Source of the DNA: the human T2T-CHM13v2.0 reference genome, Homo sapiens
Length of the DNA: 64,000 nt
Direction: 5' to 3' (one strand)
Assembly (NCBI RefSeq): GCF_009914755.1
Contig: NC_060940.1
Within the stretch, counting starts at the first letter, position 1, and each line of letters starts with the position of its first letter. The notes under the pieces were generated by a model. The model was not told the origin of the DNA and did not search any database. It saw nothing but the letters and a program-made list of their open reading frames with translations. The position numbers and the translations under genes were made by a program. Below are positions 14,639-29,153 of the stretch, piece after piece.

Positions 14639-14931
14639 AGCCAGGTGCAATGGCTCATGCCTCTAATCCTAGCACTTTGGGAGGCCGAGGAAGGAGGATC
14701 ACCTGAGCTCAGGAGTTCAAGACCACCCCAGGCAACATAGTGAGTCCCATCTCTACTAAAAATAAAAAAATTAGCCAGGCATAGTAGCGCACACCTCTAG
14801 TCCCAGCTACTGAGGAGGCTGAGACAGTTAGGATCGCTTGAAGCCAGGAGTTCAAGGGTGCAGTGAGCCATGACCGCACCACTGCACTCTAGCCTGGGGG
14901 ACAGAGCAAGACCCTATCTCAAAATCAAAAA
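14639..14931 (+). mobile_element. Alu (AluJ-like)
   Basis: Full dimer. Confidence 0.9.
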
Positions 14932-15246
14932 TCTAGATCTCTTCTTCCCTGGAAAAAATGGAAAAGTCTGGCCCCCACGCTGGGCCATCCTCCTCCCCAC
15001 TAGGCAGCCAGCAGCAGGAGCCAAGTCCAGCTACTGCCTTTGGATAGGGCATGAGCTTTCCTGTTTGCCAAAGTCCCCACCACTCCCCAGAGCTTCAGTG
15101 GTGAGGCTGAGTGGTAGCTGTGGTTTATTATCAGATTTAGGCTATGATTTCTCTTATCTCGTGTTTCCATTTCCCGTCTGGTTCTTTGGGGCATTTGAAT
15201 TTGTAGCCCCTGGAGAGTGGAAGGAGTAGGCTTTGGACTGCTCACT

Positions 15247-15570
15247 GGCTGTGTGTCCTGGAGCTGGCTGTGTAAACTCTCTGAGCTATGTACGTGTAAC
15301 CTCTGTGAGCTGTGTGCCCTGGAGCTGGCTGTGTAACCTCTCTGAGCTGTGTGCCCTGGAGCTCTCTGTGTAACCTCTCTGAGCTGTGTGTCTTGGAGCT
15401 GGCCATGTGACCTCTCTGAGCTGTGTGCCCCAGAGCTGGCTGAGTAACCTCTCTGAGCTGTGTGTCTCGGAGCTGGCTGTGTAGCCTCTCTGAGCTGTGC
15501 ACCCCAGACCTGGCCATGTAACCTCTGTGAGCTGTGTGCTCTGGAGCTGGCCGTGTAACCACTCTGAGCT
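15247..15570. repeat. 37-bp minisatellite, ~8.5 copies
   Basis: Unit ctggagctggctgtgtaacctctctgagctgtgtgcc (units start at 15319 and 15356). Confidence 0.95.
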
Positions 15571-17602
15571 TTGGTTTCATCATCAATGAAACCTCCCAGG
15601 GCTGCTGGAGGGGAGCATGTGCAGCGTGCATTACAGGTGGTCTCAGCAGGGGCTGCCTGCTGCTTCAGGTGGGAACAGGTGACAGACAAGTCCAGAGGAA
15701 TGGCTAAGAGCATAGACCCTGGAACCTTCCAGCAGCCCCAGTGCAAAGCCTTGGCTCCGCCTCCTGCCAGCTGCACAGTGGCTAAGACGCTTAACCCCTT
15801 GGTGCCTGCGCTCTCATTTGTCATGTGAGGTTGGTAATGGTAATTAATGAGGGCAATTAATGAGGATCAGTGGGGTCTGTGTTTGGAGAGAAGCTGAAGC
15901 AGTGCCTGGCACAGGAGAAATAGTGAATGGTGCTGCCTGTTGTTGTTTTAATCACAGAGGGGCAGATGGGGAGGGCAGCTCAGCCTGGAGGCCTCAGGGC
16001 TCTTCACTCTAGTATGTTCCTTTGCTCACTCATACTTTACTTCTTTCATTCCGTGCTCATGTATTGAGCACATACTCAGTTTTGGCACTTACAGATGCCG
16101 GGTTCCAAGCAATAAGTGAGGCCAGCCCTGCTCTCCTGGAGCTCATGTTGATGGGGAGCGGGTGGGGAGGTTGGGAAGGCAAAGGACCAAAGGCAAGCAA
16201 GGGAGTCGGAAGACAGTGCTACGAAGGAAGGACAGAGGACAGCAGCCTGAAAGAGAAGCTGTCGGGGGAGCGCTCCTTCAGCGAAGGTGGGCAGCACAGC
16301 CTCCCAAGGGGCCGCATCGCAGCCAGGGCCTGAGAGTTACCTGGAGCCAGCCCCGGAAAGATCTGTGGCTGGGGGAGGCTTTCAGGTGAGGGGACAGTGA
16401 GAGCAGCGGGCACTGGGCACAGGCTGAGAGGAGGCAGGGCGATCAGGACAGGGTGGCAGAAAGGGTGGGGATGAGGGTGTCAGGGTTGCAAGTAGGAAGA
16501 ACCGGCCATGCAGGGCCTAGAAGACCACAGGAGGAAGTTTGGATTTCAATCTAAATGTGAGAATTTCCAAGAGGGTTGAAACAGTAGAGCGCCACGTTTG
16601 GGTTCATATTTTGGGTTCATGTGTGCAGAAAGGACCGCCCATGGGAGCAAGGGGCTACAGGAGGACCAGGAAGCCTTTGAAGCAGGGCTACGTCTCTCTC
16701 CACCAACCTTCCCCAGCCCCCGTCCTTGCACTTCTGTTCCCTGTCCCTGAGCTGCCGCCAACTCGTAGCTTCAGTGTTCTCCTGATCCATCGTGCCTTCT
16801 CCACACACGGTTTTACACTCCCTCCATATTTGTTAGTTGAAAGTTTCCAAGACAGAGACAGTCTGAATCTCTCAGCTCATCCCTTTCTCAGGGCATGGCC
16901 TGGGCTGCTGCTGCTTAGCCTGGATGAGGCACCCCCTCCTACCTCCATCGGCTATGACTAGAGCCCCTCAGAGACCAGTTCATTTGGTGCAAACCCTGCC
17001 TGCCCTGGCCACATGAGCAGGAACCATGAGTCCTATAGCTTCTTGTCAAGAAGGCTGGAGGTAGCAGAGTGAATAGACTGGGGGTGCCAGCTATACCATT
17101 ATTACCGTCATGAGGAAGACAGGCTGGATTGGTTTGCTCTGGCTCCAAGAAGTGGAGTTAAGTCCAAAGTTTCTCCATGGTAGACAGTCCATGGAGACAG
17201 AGTCTTGGGTCCATGGGATGGAGAGGAAGACAATCTTTCTATCCTAACCCTTTTGGATGGGCTCCTGCCATGCTTAGGGGCAGCCAAGGTAGGCAGAGTG
17301 GTCAAGGCAGCCAAGTCCCCAGTGGCCAGTGGCCAGTTCTCAAAAGCTGCTCCACCAAGAGAGGGACCACAGTCCTCTCCCGGTCTTGGGGTTTCACTTG
17401 TAGGGCCATGCCAACCAGGAGGTATCAGTGGGGCCACACGGTCGCCTTGTGTATTCACATTGGTCAGCAGGGGACACCGTGGTGGGATGCAGTGGTCCCA
17501 GTGCACAGTGAGCACCTGCAGTCCCAGCCTTATTCACAGTCCACACAGCCCCCTTGCCTCCCCATTCACCCTCTGTACTCTCCTCCTGGCTGTCTTGCTG
17601 GA

Positions 17603-17743
17603 TTTTTTTTTTTTTTTTTTTTTTTGAGACAGGTTCTTGCTATGTAGCCCACACTGGTCTTGAACTCCCGGGCTCATGCGATCCACCCACCTTGGCCTCC
17701 TAAAGTGCTGGGATTAACAGACGTGAGCCACTGCGCCCAGCCC
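17603..17743 (-). mobile_element. Alu left monomer (FLAM-like)
   Basis: Poly-T + monomer. Confidence 0.85.
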
Positions 17744-19482
17744 TGAAACTCTCTTGAATCACACACCCTGTTTCTACTGACCAAGCCCAATCCATTCACC
17801 GCCTCCAGGAGAACAGGTTTCTCTTCTTACGGTCTCACCCAACAATAAGAAAGCACATTTGGGTAGAGCTGCCCTGACAGGAGGGGCTGCGTCAGGTACA
17901 CTGGCCTCCAGATCCCTTGACCAGAAGGTCACAGAGTCATCCCAACTCTGGCTCCTGGCCAAGAAGCCGATGACTTCCACCTGTAAAACCCTTCCCAAGC
18001 CCCTCAGCTTCCTGGGGGTTTGGGGAGGATCATGGCGATGGCTGTGTTGGGCTCCCGAGCTGCCACCTTCCCTGTGGAATGGGCTGGTGGTGATGTATGG
18101 CCTCTTGTTCATACTGTCCTTTTCCCCCCACCACTTCTGGGCCTTAGATCTTTATGCTGCTATCTGTGGATTAAGATTTATGGCTTCCTCAGCCTTGTAA
18201 TACTTGGGTGGACAGCGGCCTAATCAACAGAGCCGTCGTTTACCAAAATGCTGTCAGATTTGATGAACGTCATCGGCTCTTAGCATTAAATTGCTAGTGA
18301 AGGGATTGGCCTTCCAGCAATTTACTGTGGGGTGGGCGTTCCTTAAAGGTCTCTAAAGCAAGTTCATTGCAATTATTAAAGCAGAGGCTTTGCTCTCACT
18401 CAGCCACCATATCCTGTGTCCTGTTGTGGCCTGTGCAGCTTCAGCACCTTCAGAAAATCTCACAAGTAAAAATGGGAAGTGTTGGGGGCCCTGTCTCTTG
18501 TTATCTTCCTTCTGAGTTCTGAAACCCTTGCAGTGAGGACGACAAATGAAACAAGCCGTAAAGCATTGGCCTTTCCAGTGACCTTGCACAACACAGACTG
18601 TCAGAGTGGGGAGCACTGCTATTTCTAAGAGATCAGACAAATCAGGGATGAACACATCAAGTCAGCCGGACCTCCCAACCCTAGACCTACCTTTGTCAGT
18701 GTTTTAGAGCTCTCGTACCTCTAGAGGGAGCCATTTGCATACTGCACAACCCACACAACCATATGGGGCAGCCCCCAGCCTTGCTCTTTTTTTCTACTTG
18801 ACAATAAGCTTTAATGCACACCTTTTAAAACAGTTTGCGAAGAGGGGTGGCAGATATGAACAAATAACTCTAGGCATGAACTGGGCTGAGTGTGGGCCAG
18901 GTATGAAATAAGCTGGCCTTGGGTTGCAAAAAGGAACATGGATTTGGGGATGTCACTGCTTTTAAATCCTCCTCCCGCATATGATTGATACTGCAAGGGT
19001 CTACCCAGGTCTGGGTGCTGCAAGTAGGCAAGAAAGAGCAGCCGCTTTGAAACACCCACTCAGGTACAGCAGCGTGCCAAGCGGGGAGCTAGCCAGGTGC
19101 ACAGTCATCATCCCTTGCAAGGGCGTGGAGGTGGGAGGCAGGGAGCCATGCACGGCCTGGGGGGCTGGGTTGGAACCTGCCAGCCTGGGCTGCTCACTGG
19201 AGGTGAGCCTTCCGTGTGGGCAGGGCTGCTTTCAATCTCCTCCCAGTGGTGGCAGAGGAGCCTCCCTGGGGCTGGGGGCGGGAGAGCAGGCCAGATGGAG
19301 GGACTATTTATTCCCCTCTCCAGCACCCACTCAACATTAGAAACTCTTTCTGGACCACATTAATTTTGTCACATGTTGCTTCATAAACACATTCTCCCAT
19401 TATGTGTGCTGTGTGACCTCCTTGAGGGCAGGGCATTGGTTTTTAATTTTTTTTTTTTTTTTTGTATCTTCCTGTGTTTTCA

Positions 19483-20390
<908 letters not shown>

Positions 20391-20464
20391 GCAACGGCTT
20401 CCACCACAAAGCCTTGTCGATCTCCTGATCTTATGCTATTGGAAATTGAATGTGCGTGCGTGTA

Positions 20465-20590
20465 AATGACCTGGGATACTGCTCAGGTTTACATTCTGAT
20501 TCCCAAGGCAAAGGAGGGGCCTGGAATTCTGCATTTCTCACAAATTCCCAGGAGATACCAATGCTGCTGGTCCGTGGACCACACTTAGAG
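20465..20590. mobile_element. MER5A hAT-Charlie fragment
   Basis: tctgcatttctcacaaattcccagg…gctggtccgtggaccacactt. Confidence 0.75.
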
Positions 20591-20853
20591 TAGCAGGGCC
20601 CTAGTCCAGGCCCCCTTTTTCTGGACAAAGGACTAGAAACCCATGGGGAGGCCAGGCCGCACCCTAGGCCCTGGCCGGTGCTGGTGAGTCAGGCAGCTCC
20701 TCAGGCCTGGGCCCCGTGCCCCGTGGTCCCTCCTCCTTGCCCCTTCTCGAGCCATCTCTTCCCCGGCTAGAAGGCCTCCTGGTATTTGGATGTAAATTGA
20801 GTAGTTTCTGGGGAGGAGGGAGGAGCATGCTCTCCTGGGAGGTATGGTAGAAA

Positions 20854-21229
20854 ATTGCGGCACTATTCACAATAGCAAAGACTTGGGACCAACACAGATG
20901 TCCAACAATGATAGATTGGATTAACAAAATGTGGCACATATACACCATGGAATACTATGCAGCCATAAAAAATGATGAGTTCATGTCCTTTGTAGGGACA
21001 TGGATGAAGCTGGAAACTATATGTCCTTTGTAGGGACATGGATGAATGCTGGAATCATTCTCAGCAAACTATCGCAAGAACAAAAAACCAAACACCGCAT
21101 GTTCTCACTCATAGGTGGGAATTGAACAATGAGAACACATGGACACAGGAAGGGGAACATCACACACCAGAGCCTGTTGTGGGGGGCCTGCTGTGGGGCC
21201 TAAAACTTAAAGTATAATAAAAAGAAAAA
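20854..21229 (+). mobile_element. 5'-truncated, rearranged L1PA (PA3-5-like)
   Basis: ORF2 end and 3'UTR; internal duplication and deletion; TSD-like agaaaa(a)tt. Confidence 0.92.
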
Positions 21230-21518
21230 TTCAAATCAATGATGAACTTCAAAGCCGTTACAGCTTCATCCCAGTCGAGGTAGGAAGACCTCCAGGAATC
21301 TCCGGGCCTGGAAACCCCCGGTTTTGGTTATATGTTCCGGGTAGTGCTTTCCCTCCACAGCCCTAGCGCCGAGGGTAACACATGTGCTAAGACCGAGTTG
21401 ATAGGGCCTGGGAGGAAGCTGCGCCATATGTGGAGCTGGAACCCAGGGCAACATGGGACACCAGGGAAGTTCTCTAATCCCAGTCCAAAGGCCACTATAG
21501 CCCAGGCTGGACACATTG

Positions 21519-21675
21519 TTTTTTAATTTTTAAAAAATTTTTTTTTTTTTTTTTTGTGGAGACAAGGTCTCACCGTGTTGCCTAGGCTGCTCTCAAAATC
21601 CTGGCCTCAAACAATCCTCCCACCTCAGCCTCCTGAAGAGCTGGGATTAGAGGTGTGAGCCACCACACCCAGCCC
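21519..21675 (-). mobile_element. Alu left monomer (FLAM-like)
   Basis: TSD ggacacatt. Confidence 0.85.
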
Positions 21676-21737
21676 AGGTGGGACACATTTATTCTTCAAC
21701 ACGCCTGCTGGGGGCAGTACAGCATGGTGATTTAGAA

Positions 21738-21958
21738 CAAGAGTTCATCCACAACTACAGCCCTTGGGCCAAATCTAGCCTCAGCCCGTATTTGTAAATA
21801 AAGTGTTACTGGAACACAACCGTGCCCATTTCTTTAGTCATTGCCTGTGGCTGCTTTTGAGCTGCAATAGGATTGCTGAGTATCCTAACAGAGACCATAT
21901 AGCTTGCAAAGTCTAAAATCCTTCTGGCCCTTTACAGGAAATGTTGGCCCATCTTTGG
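21738..21958 (+). mobile_element. MER58A-like hAT-Charlie
   Basis: gggccaaatctagcc…tttgtaaataaagt…ctggccctttacag. Confidence 0.8.
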
Positions 21959-22075
21959 TTTAGTGTCAGGCCTGTGATTAAGCTGTGCAACTTCCTCGCT
22001 GTGTGGCCTTGGGCAAGTGGCCTACACCCTTGTGACTCAGTTTCCCCCTTGGGTTGCTTTGAGAACTAAATGAGC

Positions 22076-22510
<435 letters not shown>

Positions 22511-22766
22511 CTACTAGAGTTTGGTAGGTCAGTAAGACTCTGACATCATTTTCTTCATCATCTAGATAATCCTTATGTTTACTAAACCTGCAGGGAATTG
22601 AATATTACAAGGGGTGAAAGGTTCTAACCCCAGGGCTTCAAGGGAAATGCATGCCCTAATTACCACCACCACCACCACCCCTTTTTCTTTTTTATTTATT
22701 TATTTTTTTGCTGCTTCTAGGACCAGTTCTAGGAAATTGCTTTTTCTAGGGCCAATTCCTCCCTAG

Positions 22767-23096
<330 letters not shown>

Positions 23097-23281
23097 TAAT
23101 CTTGATCATGCCGTCCCCAGCCCCTCTTAGCTCCAGAGCCTCCTATAATAACAGCCCTCGTGGGCATCTGGCTGGGTGCCAGCCCCATTCACAGGCTCCC
23201 ACGGAGACCTTGTCTCTCAATTTCCTCCTGCATCATTTTTCTTTTAGTCACTTGTCCTTCTCTGAGCCCTTCTTTGCTCAC

Positions 23282-23576
23282 TTTTTCTTTAGAGACAGGA
23301 TCTCGCTTTGTCACCCAGGCTGGAGCATAGTGACGTGATCATAGCTCACTGCAGCCTCGAACTCCTAGGCTCAAGTGATCCTCTTGCCTTGCCCTCCCAA
23401 GTAGCTGGGACTACAGGCACGTATCACCACGCCCGGCTAATTTATCTATTTATTTTTTTAGAGATGTGGTCTCACTATGTTGCCCAGACTGGTTTCAAAC
23501 TCCTGGACTCAAGCAGTCCTCCCATCTCAGCCTCCCAAAGTGCTGGGATTACAGGCAAGAGTCACCTTGCCCAGCC
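23282..23576 (-). mobile_element. Alu (AluJ-like)
   Basis: Full reverse dimer. Confidence 0.9.
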
Positions 23577-23655
23577 CCTAAATACCCTTGAGTACCCCTT
23601 TTGTGAGTCTTGGAGTTCATGCACATACTCTGTGTCCTGTTCTATCTTTCAGTAA

Positions 23656-23816
23656 CAGGGCCAGGAGAGGGTGAGGTAAGTAAGGCACCTGGAGCAGAAT
23701 ATTAAAGGAGGCCTCATGCTCAGATTTGTGCATGGACAGGTTGGTGCCTGAGAGTGAGACTCCCTTAAATATCACACCCTGGGCACCTTGCTCCCCTCAA
23801 GCCAGCCCTGGCCCTG
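23656..23816 (+). mobile_element. MER96-like hAT MITE
   Basis: TIRs cagggccagg … cctggccctg; internal aatattaaaggaggc. Confidence 0.75.
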
Positions 23817-26114
23817 CTTACTGAGTCCAACACAGCCAGCTTTACCTGTGGCCTTGGAGCAGGTGGCAGTTTCTCTGGTTCACTACCAGAGGACATGGTT
23901 GGCTGGCTTTTGGGGGCTATGCCGAATGAAACATATACCTGAGAGGCAGTCTGGTGACCTGTGCAGAGTTGATGCCGTGTAAATAGGTACAGCCCTGTGG
24001 TGCTGTGTGCCAAAGCCCCAGCCGAGGGCTCACCTGCGTCACTGCGTGTCATCTTTGTGGCAGCTCTCTGATGAAGATTCATGAGTGCTGTCTTAACAGA
24101 TTTGGAAACCGGGCTCAGGGAGGCTAGATGACTTGCTCAAGGTCACACAAGGAGTAGGCATCAGAGTTCCAGGAATCACGTAGCATGCCGGAGTCTAGAA
24201 CCTGGGCCCTTCACCACACAGGAGCCACGGTAACAGAAACACAAAAGTAACAAGTGCCCAGAGTGGGTTAGCAAGTGGGATGGAGTTGAGCTGCTTGCAA
24301 CAGAAACTAGATTGCTGCATCTTAGAGAACATGGCTCCTGTTTTCCTCATTTGTGAACAGTGCATTTGGAGGCAGGCTGGTGGCATGGGTGGGTGGTGCC
24401 ACCAGTAACCCAGCTTCTCTGTTGCGCTGGGCCATCTTTGGTGTGTGGCTTTCTTCCTCATTCTCACAAGATGACTGCTGTGTTCCCAAACATCCCATCC
24501 ACATTCCGGTCAGGAAGAAGGGTAGAAGGGTAAAGGGCAGAAGTCCTGTCTGCACTGAGTCTCTCCTGATTACCAGGAAAACAGAGTTTTCTCTGAAGCT
24601 CTGCCTCGTAGACTTCTAACCACTAGCATTGCCACACCTGGATCTCGTGGCCATCCCTAGCTGCAAGGGCCCCCAGCAATGTGACCGTCTTAGTGGGGCA
24701 CATGGCCACCTCAGTAGAGTCAGGCAGCTGACAGATACCAGGTAGGCAGAGAGCATTGTCTCCAAAGCTAGGTAGGGTTTGGATGCATGGAAAAGATTTG
24801 GGAAAATGGCATTCAGATTGGGAGAATAGCATAAGCAGAGGCACAGAGGTGGGAGAGTTCAGGGTACAAGGGAGGGCCAAGACTGTCACAAATAACTTTA
24901 ATCCTCTTCACACTGGTGTAAGCAAAAAGGAGAATGTTTCAGTGGGGCTCGCTTCAGGTGCAGCTGGATCCAGGGCTTCTAAAACCCATCAGGACTCTGC
25001 TTCATCCTCTCAGCTCTCTTTGCTCTTTCTGTTAGGGACAGGATGGTCCCCAGCAGCTCCTGATAGACTTCCCTCTAGCTTCACATCCCTCAAGAAGAGA
25101 GCACCTCTTTCCCACGGCTCTAACAGGAATCCAGGGCTGTTCTCATTGCTGCCTTAGGTCCGTTTCTATCCCTGGACTGGCTGGCCATAGCATGTTATAA
25201 GGGTGGAATAGGTGGATTGGCCAGGCCTGCCTCAAATCCCCACCATGGGGCCACATGTGGACTGAGAGTTGGGAGGAAATTGGGCCCCAGAGGAAAACAA
25301 GGGAGGTGTTTCCTGAAGGACACAGCCTGGATGCTGGACTGATGAAGCTGCAGATCCTCGCAGCCCCAGAAGCCCTTTGTTTGGCCTAATTATCAGGTGT
25401 GTGGTTGTCTGTGCAGCAATCAGGGCAAGAAGGTGGGCTGTGGCCACATGGTAGGGAACCTTGCGTGCCAGGTACATCAGTTAAGGTACAGGTTTGGCTG
25501 CTCCAGCAGGGAGACACAAGTAACAGTGGCTTCAACAGCATGAAAGCTGTTGTCTCTGACACAACACTGCTTAGATGGGAGCACTCGCCCTTGCTCCATG
25601 AGGTCACCCAGGAACCCCTGTTACTCTGACCATCCTCCAGATGTTGCTTTCCTCCCCCCAGCACCAGTCAGCTCACTCCCACCTCCCCATTGCAGCTGGC
25701 AGAGGAAGCTGCAGGGCCTGGGGAAGCTGGCCCCTGCCCTTTGAGGAAACACCTAGAAGATGCAATGCACATCCCTCCCTCCCACCCACAGCTTGTGAGT
25801 CAGAACGGGTTCACGCGGTTCCTCTTAGCTGCAGGGGAACCTGGGACTCCATGTGCACATCTGGAACTACAGGCAGTAGAAGCAGGGGAAAGTGGACATT
25901 GGAGGGGAGTCTGTAATCAGCCACACCAGGCCAATGAGTTTCCTTCCCAAAGAACGATCCAAAGGATACTAGAAGAAAGAGAGGCCCCAGTCCAGAGTGT
26001 CTGCAGTCCAGAAAGTTTGGGAAATGTCCCATGCTGTGTTTCATTTTAGGATATCTGCAGTGTGAGTATGTAGGCCAGGGTTTCCCAAACAAGTCTAATC
26101 ACAAAGCCCCCCCC

Positions 26115-26720
<606 letters not shown>

Positions 26721-26781
26721 ACAAGTCCTTTTTGAGAAGTTTAGCACCTACTAGAAGTCTACTGATAAAGAATTTCCAACC

Positions 26782-27077
26782 GACTGGGCATAGTGGCTCA
26801 TGCCTGTAATCTCAGCACTTGGGGAGGACGAGGTGGGTGAATCACTTGAGGCCAGGAGTTGAAGACAAGCCTGGCCAACGTGGCAAAACCCCGTCTCTAC
26901 TAAAAATACAGAAATTTGCCGCGTGGTGGCAGGTGCCTGTTGTCCCAGCTACTCAGGAGGCTGAGGCAGGAGAATTACTTGAACCTAGGAGGTAGAGGTT
27001 GCAGGGATCCAAGATCGCACCATTGCACTCCAGCCTGGGCAACAGAGTGAGATCCTGACTCAAAAAAAAAAAAAAAG
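26782..27077 (+). mobile_element. Alu (AluS-like)
   Basis: TSD-like agaatt(t/g)ccaacc. Confidence 0.92.
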
Positions 27078-27372
27078 AACAGAATTGCCAACCAAAAAGT
27101 TATTTTTAAAAATTCTCCTGCACGTTCTTTGGACAGCAAGAAACAGTAGACTCTTGAGCGAGGCGGCATGGCCCATCCAGTGCTGGCCCGGATGAGGAGG
27201 AGGCCTGTGGCCCATGCTCATCATGACACCACTGCTGTTGCATGCAGGCACACCACCCCATGGTATCTATGCCCATAGATCCTGGCTGAACCTCTCCAGT
27301 GCCAGTCCCTGCCCCGCAGAGGAATGAAGACCTCATTCCACCTTATCTGAAATGGCCTGCATTTTTGTACAG

Positions 27373-27504
27373 AAATCTGTGCAGATCAGAACAGAAGCTG
27401 GCCCACGGCTCCACATCGAACCTCCTGTGGACTATTCTGATGATTTTGAGCTGTGTGGGGATGTGACTCTCCAGGCAAACAACACTTCTGAGGATCGTCC
27501 GCAG
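27373..27504 (+). CDS. KATNIP: KATNIP coding exon (likely exon 6), 132 nt, phase 0 to 0
   Basis: tttttgtacag|AAA, CAG|gtaggg; KSVQIRTEAGPRLHIEPPVDYSDDFELCGDVTLQANNTSEDRPQ. Confidence 0.95.
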
Positions 27505-28249
27505 GTAGGGATGGCCTTGGCCTTGTGCTCGGGACACCTGAAGGACGGCGAGGCTCGGTGCTGCAGTGGCCCCTCGGGGCACTTTCTGACAGTTATTTAT
27601 TCTGTCCTTCACTCGCCGCTGTGTTCCTTCACTCTTGCGTTCATTTCACACAGTTTGATGAGCAGACCTTGGGCTAGAGGTCAGCATTCAGAGGCACCCG
27701 GTGACCAGGGGTCGGTGAGGCTGGGGTCTGACTTCTAAGGGTCACTAGCACATAGTCCCTGTACAGGGAGAGAATGCAGAGAGGTTGGGGCAGAGCATGG
27801 CGCAGACAGAGGAGGGAGAGGATCCCGGAAGGCTTCCTAGAGGGAGTGACTTTTGTCCTGGGTCCTAAAAGCTGGGTAAGAGTTTGAGGGGCAAGTTGGT
27901 GAGGGCAGGCAGCAATTGCTGATGCTCAGCCTGTCCACACGTGTATACATGCACCTGATAAATATTTCGAATACCACCCGCAGGGCGGCAGGAGCCACAT
28001 GTTTAAAAGCCTAGAGGCCTATGCAGCTTTGGCTTGGAGTCCATGTCGGTTTAGCAGCTTACAGGGTTGACAACAGGACATTTTACTCCCCATCCTCAGA
28101 TTGCCATTTCATTCCTGAAGTCCTTTGAACTGCAAAAGTATATCCCAGTCCTTCCTTCCACAAGCATTTGTTAAGCACCTCTCACTGACCATCAGGCTCT
28201 GTCCCAGGCACCAGAGATTCAGAAATGAACAAAACTGAAGAGGTGCCTA

Positions 28250-28419
28250 TACTTTTTTATTTTTGTATTATTTTTTAAAGACGGAATTGTGCTCTGTTAC
28301 CCAGGCTGGAGTGCATTGGTACAATCATAGCTCACTGCAGCCTTGAACTCCTGGGCTCAAGCCATCCTCTCACCCCAGCTTCCTGAGTAGCTGGGATTAC
28401 AGGCATGGGTCACACCCAG
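28250..28419 (-). mobile_element. Alu right monomer within an L2 remnant
   Basis: TSD gaggtgcct. Confidence 0.8.
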
Positions 28420-28631
28420 TGAGGTGCCTGTTCTTAAGCAACCTGTGCTCCAAAGGGGAGACAGACAATGAAGAAAAAAGGAAGAAATAAACGATGAGAT
28501 CATTTCAGGTATCAGTAAGTTCTCTGAAGAAAACAGAAGAGAAAGATGGGATAGCAAGATGGTGTGGGAGAGAAGGCAGTGTTAGCCAGGATAGAGAGAG
28601 AAGGAAGGCCTCTTTCCAGCATGACATTTCA

Positions 28632-29153
<522 letters not shown>

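Noticed and set aside
15247-15570. 37-bp periodicity resembling a CRISPR array
   Set aside because: No unique spacers; head-to-tail tandem repeat in primate DNA.
15000-15824. 274-aa minus-strand ORF, the longest in the window
   Set aside because: Stop-poor minisatellite and no ATG-based gene structure.
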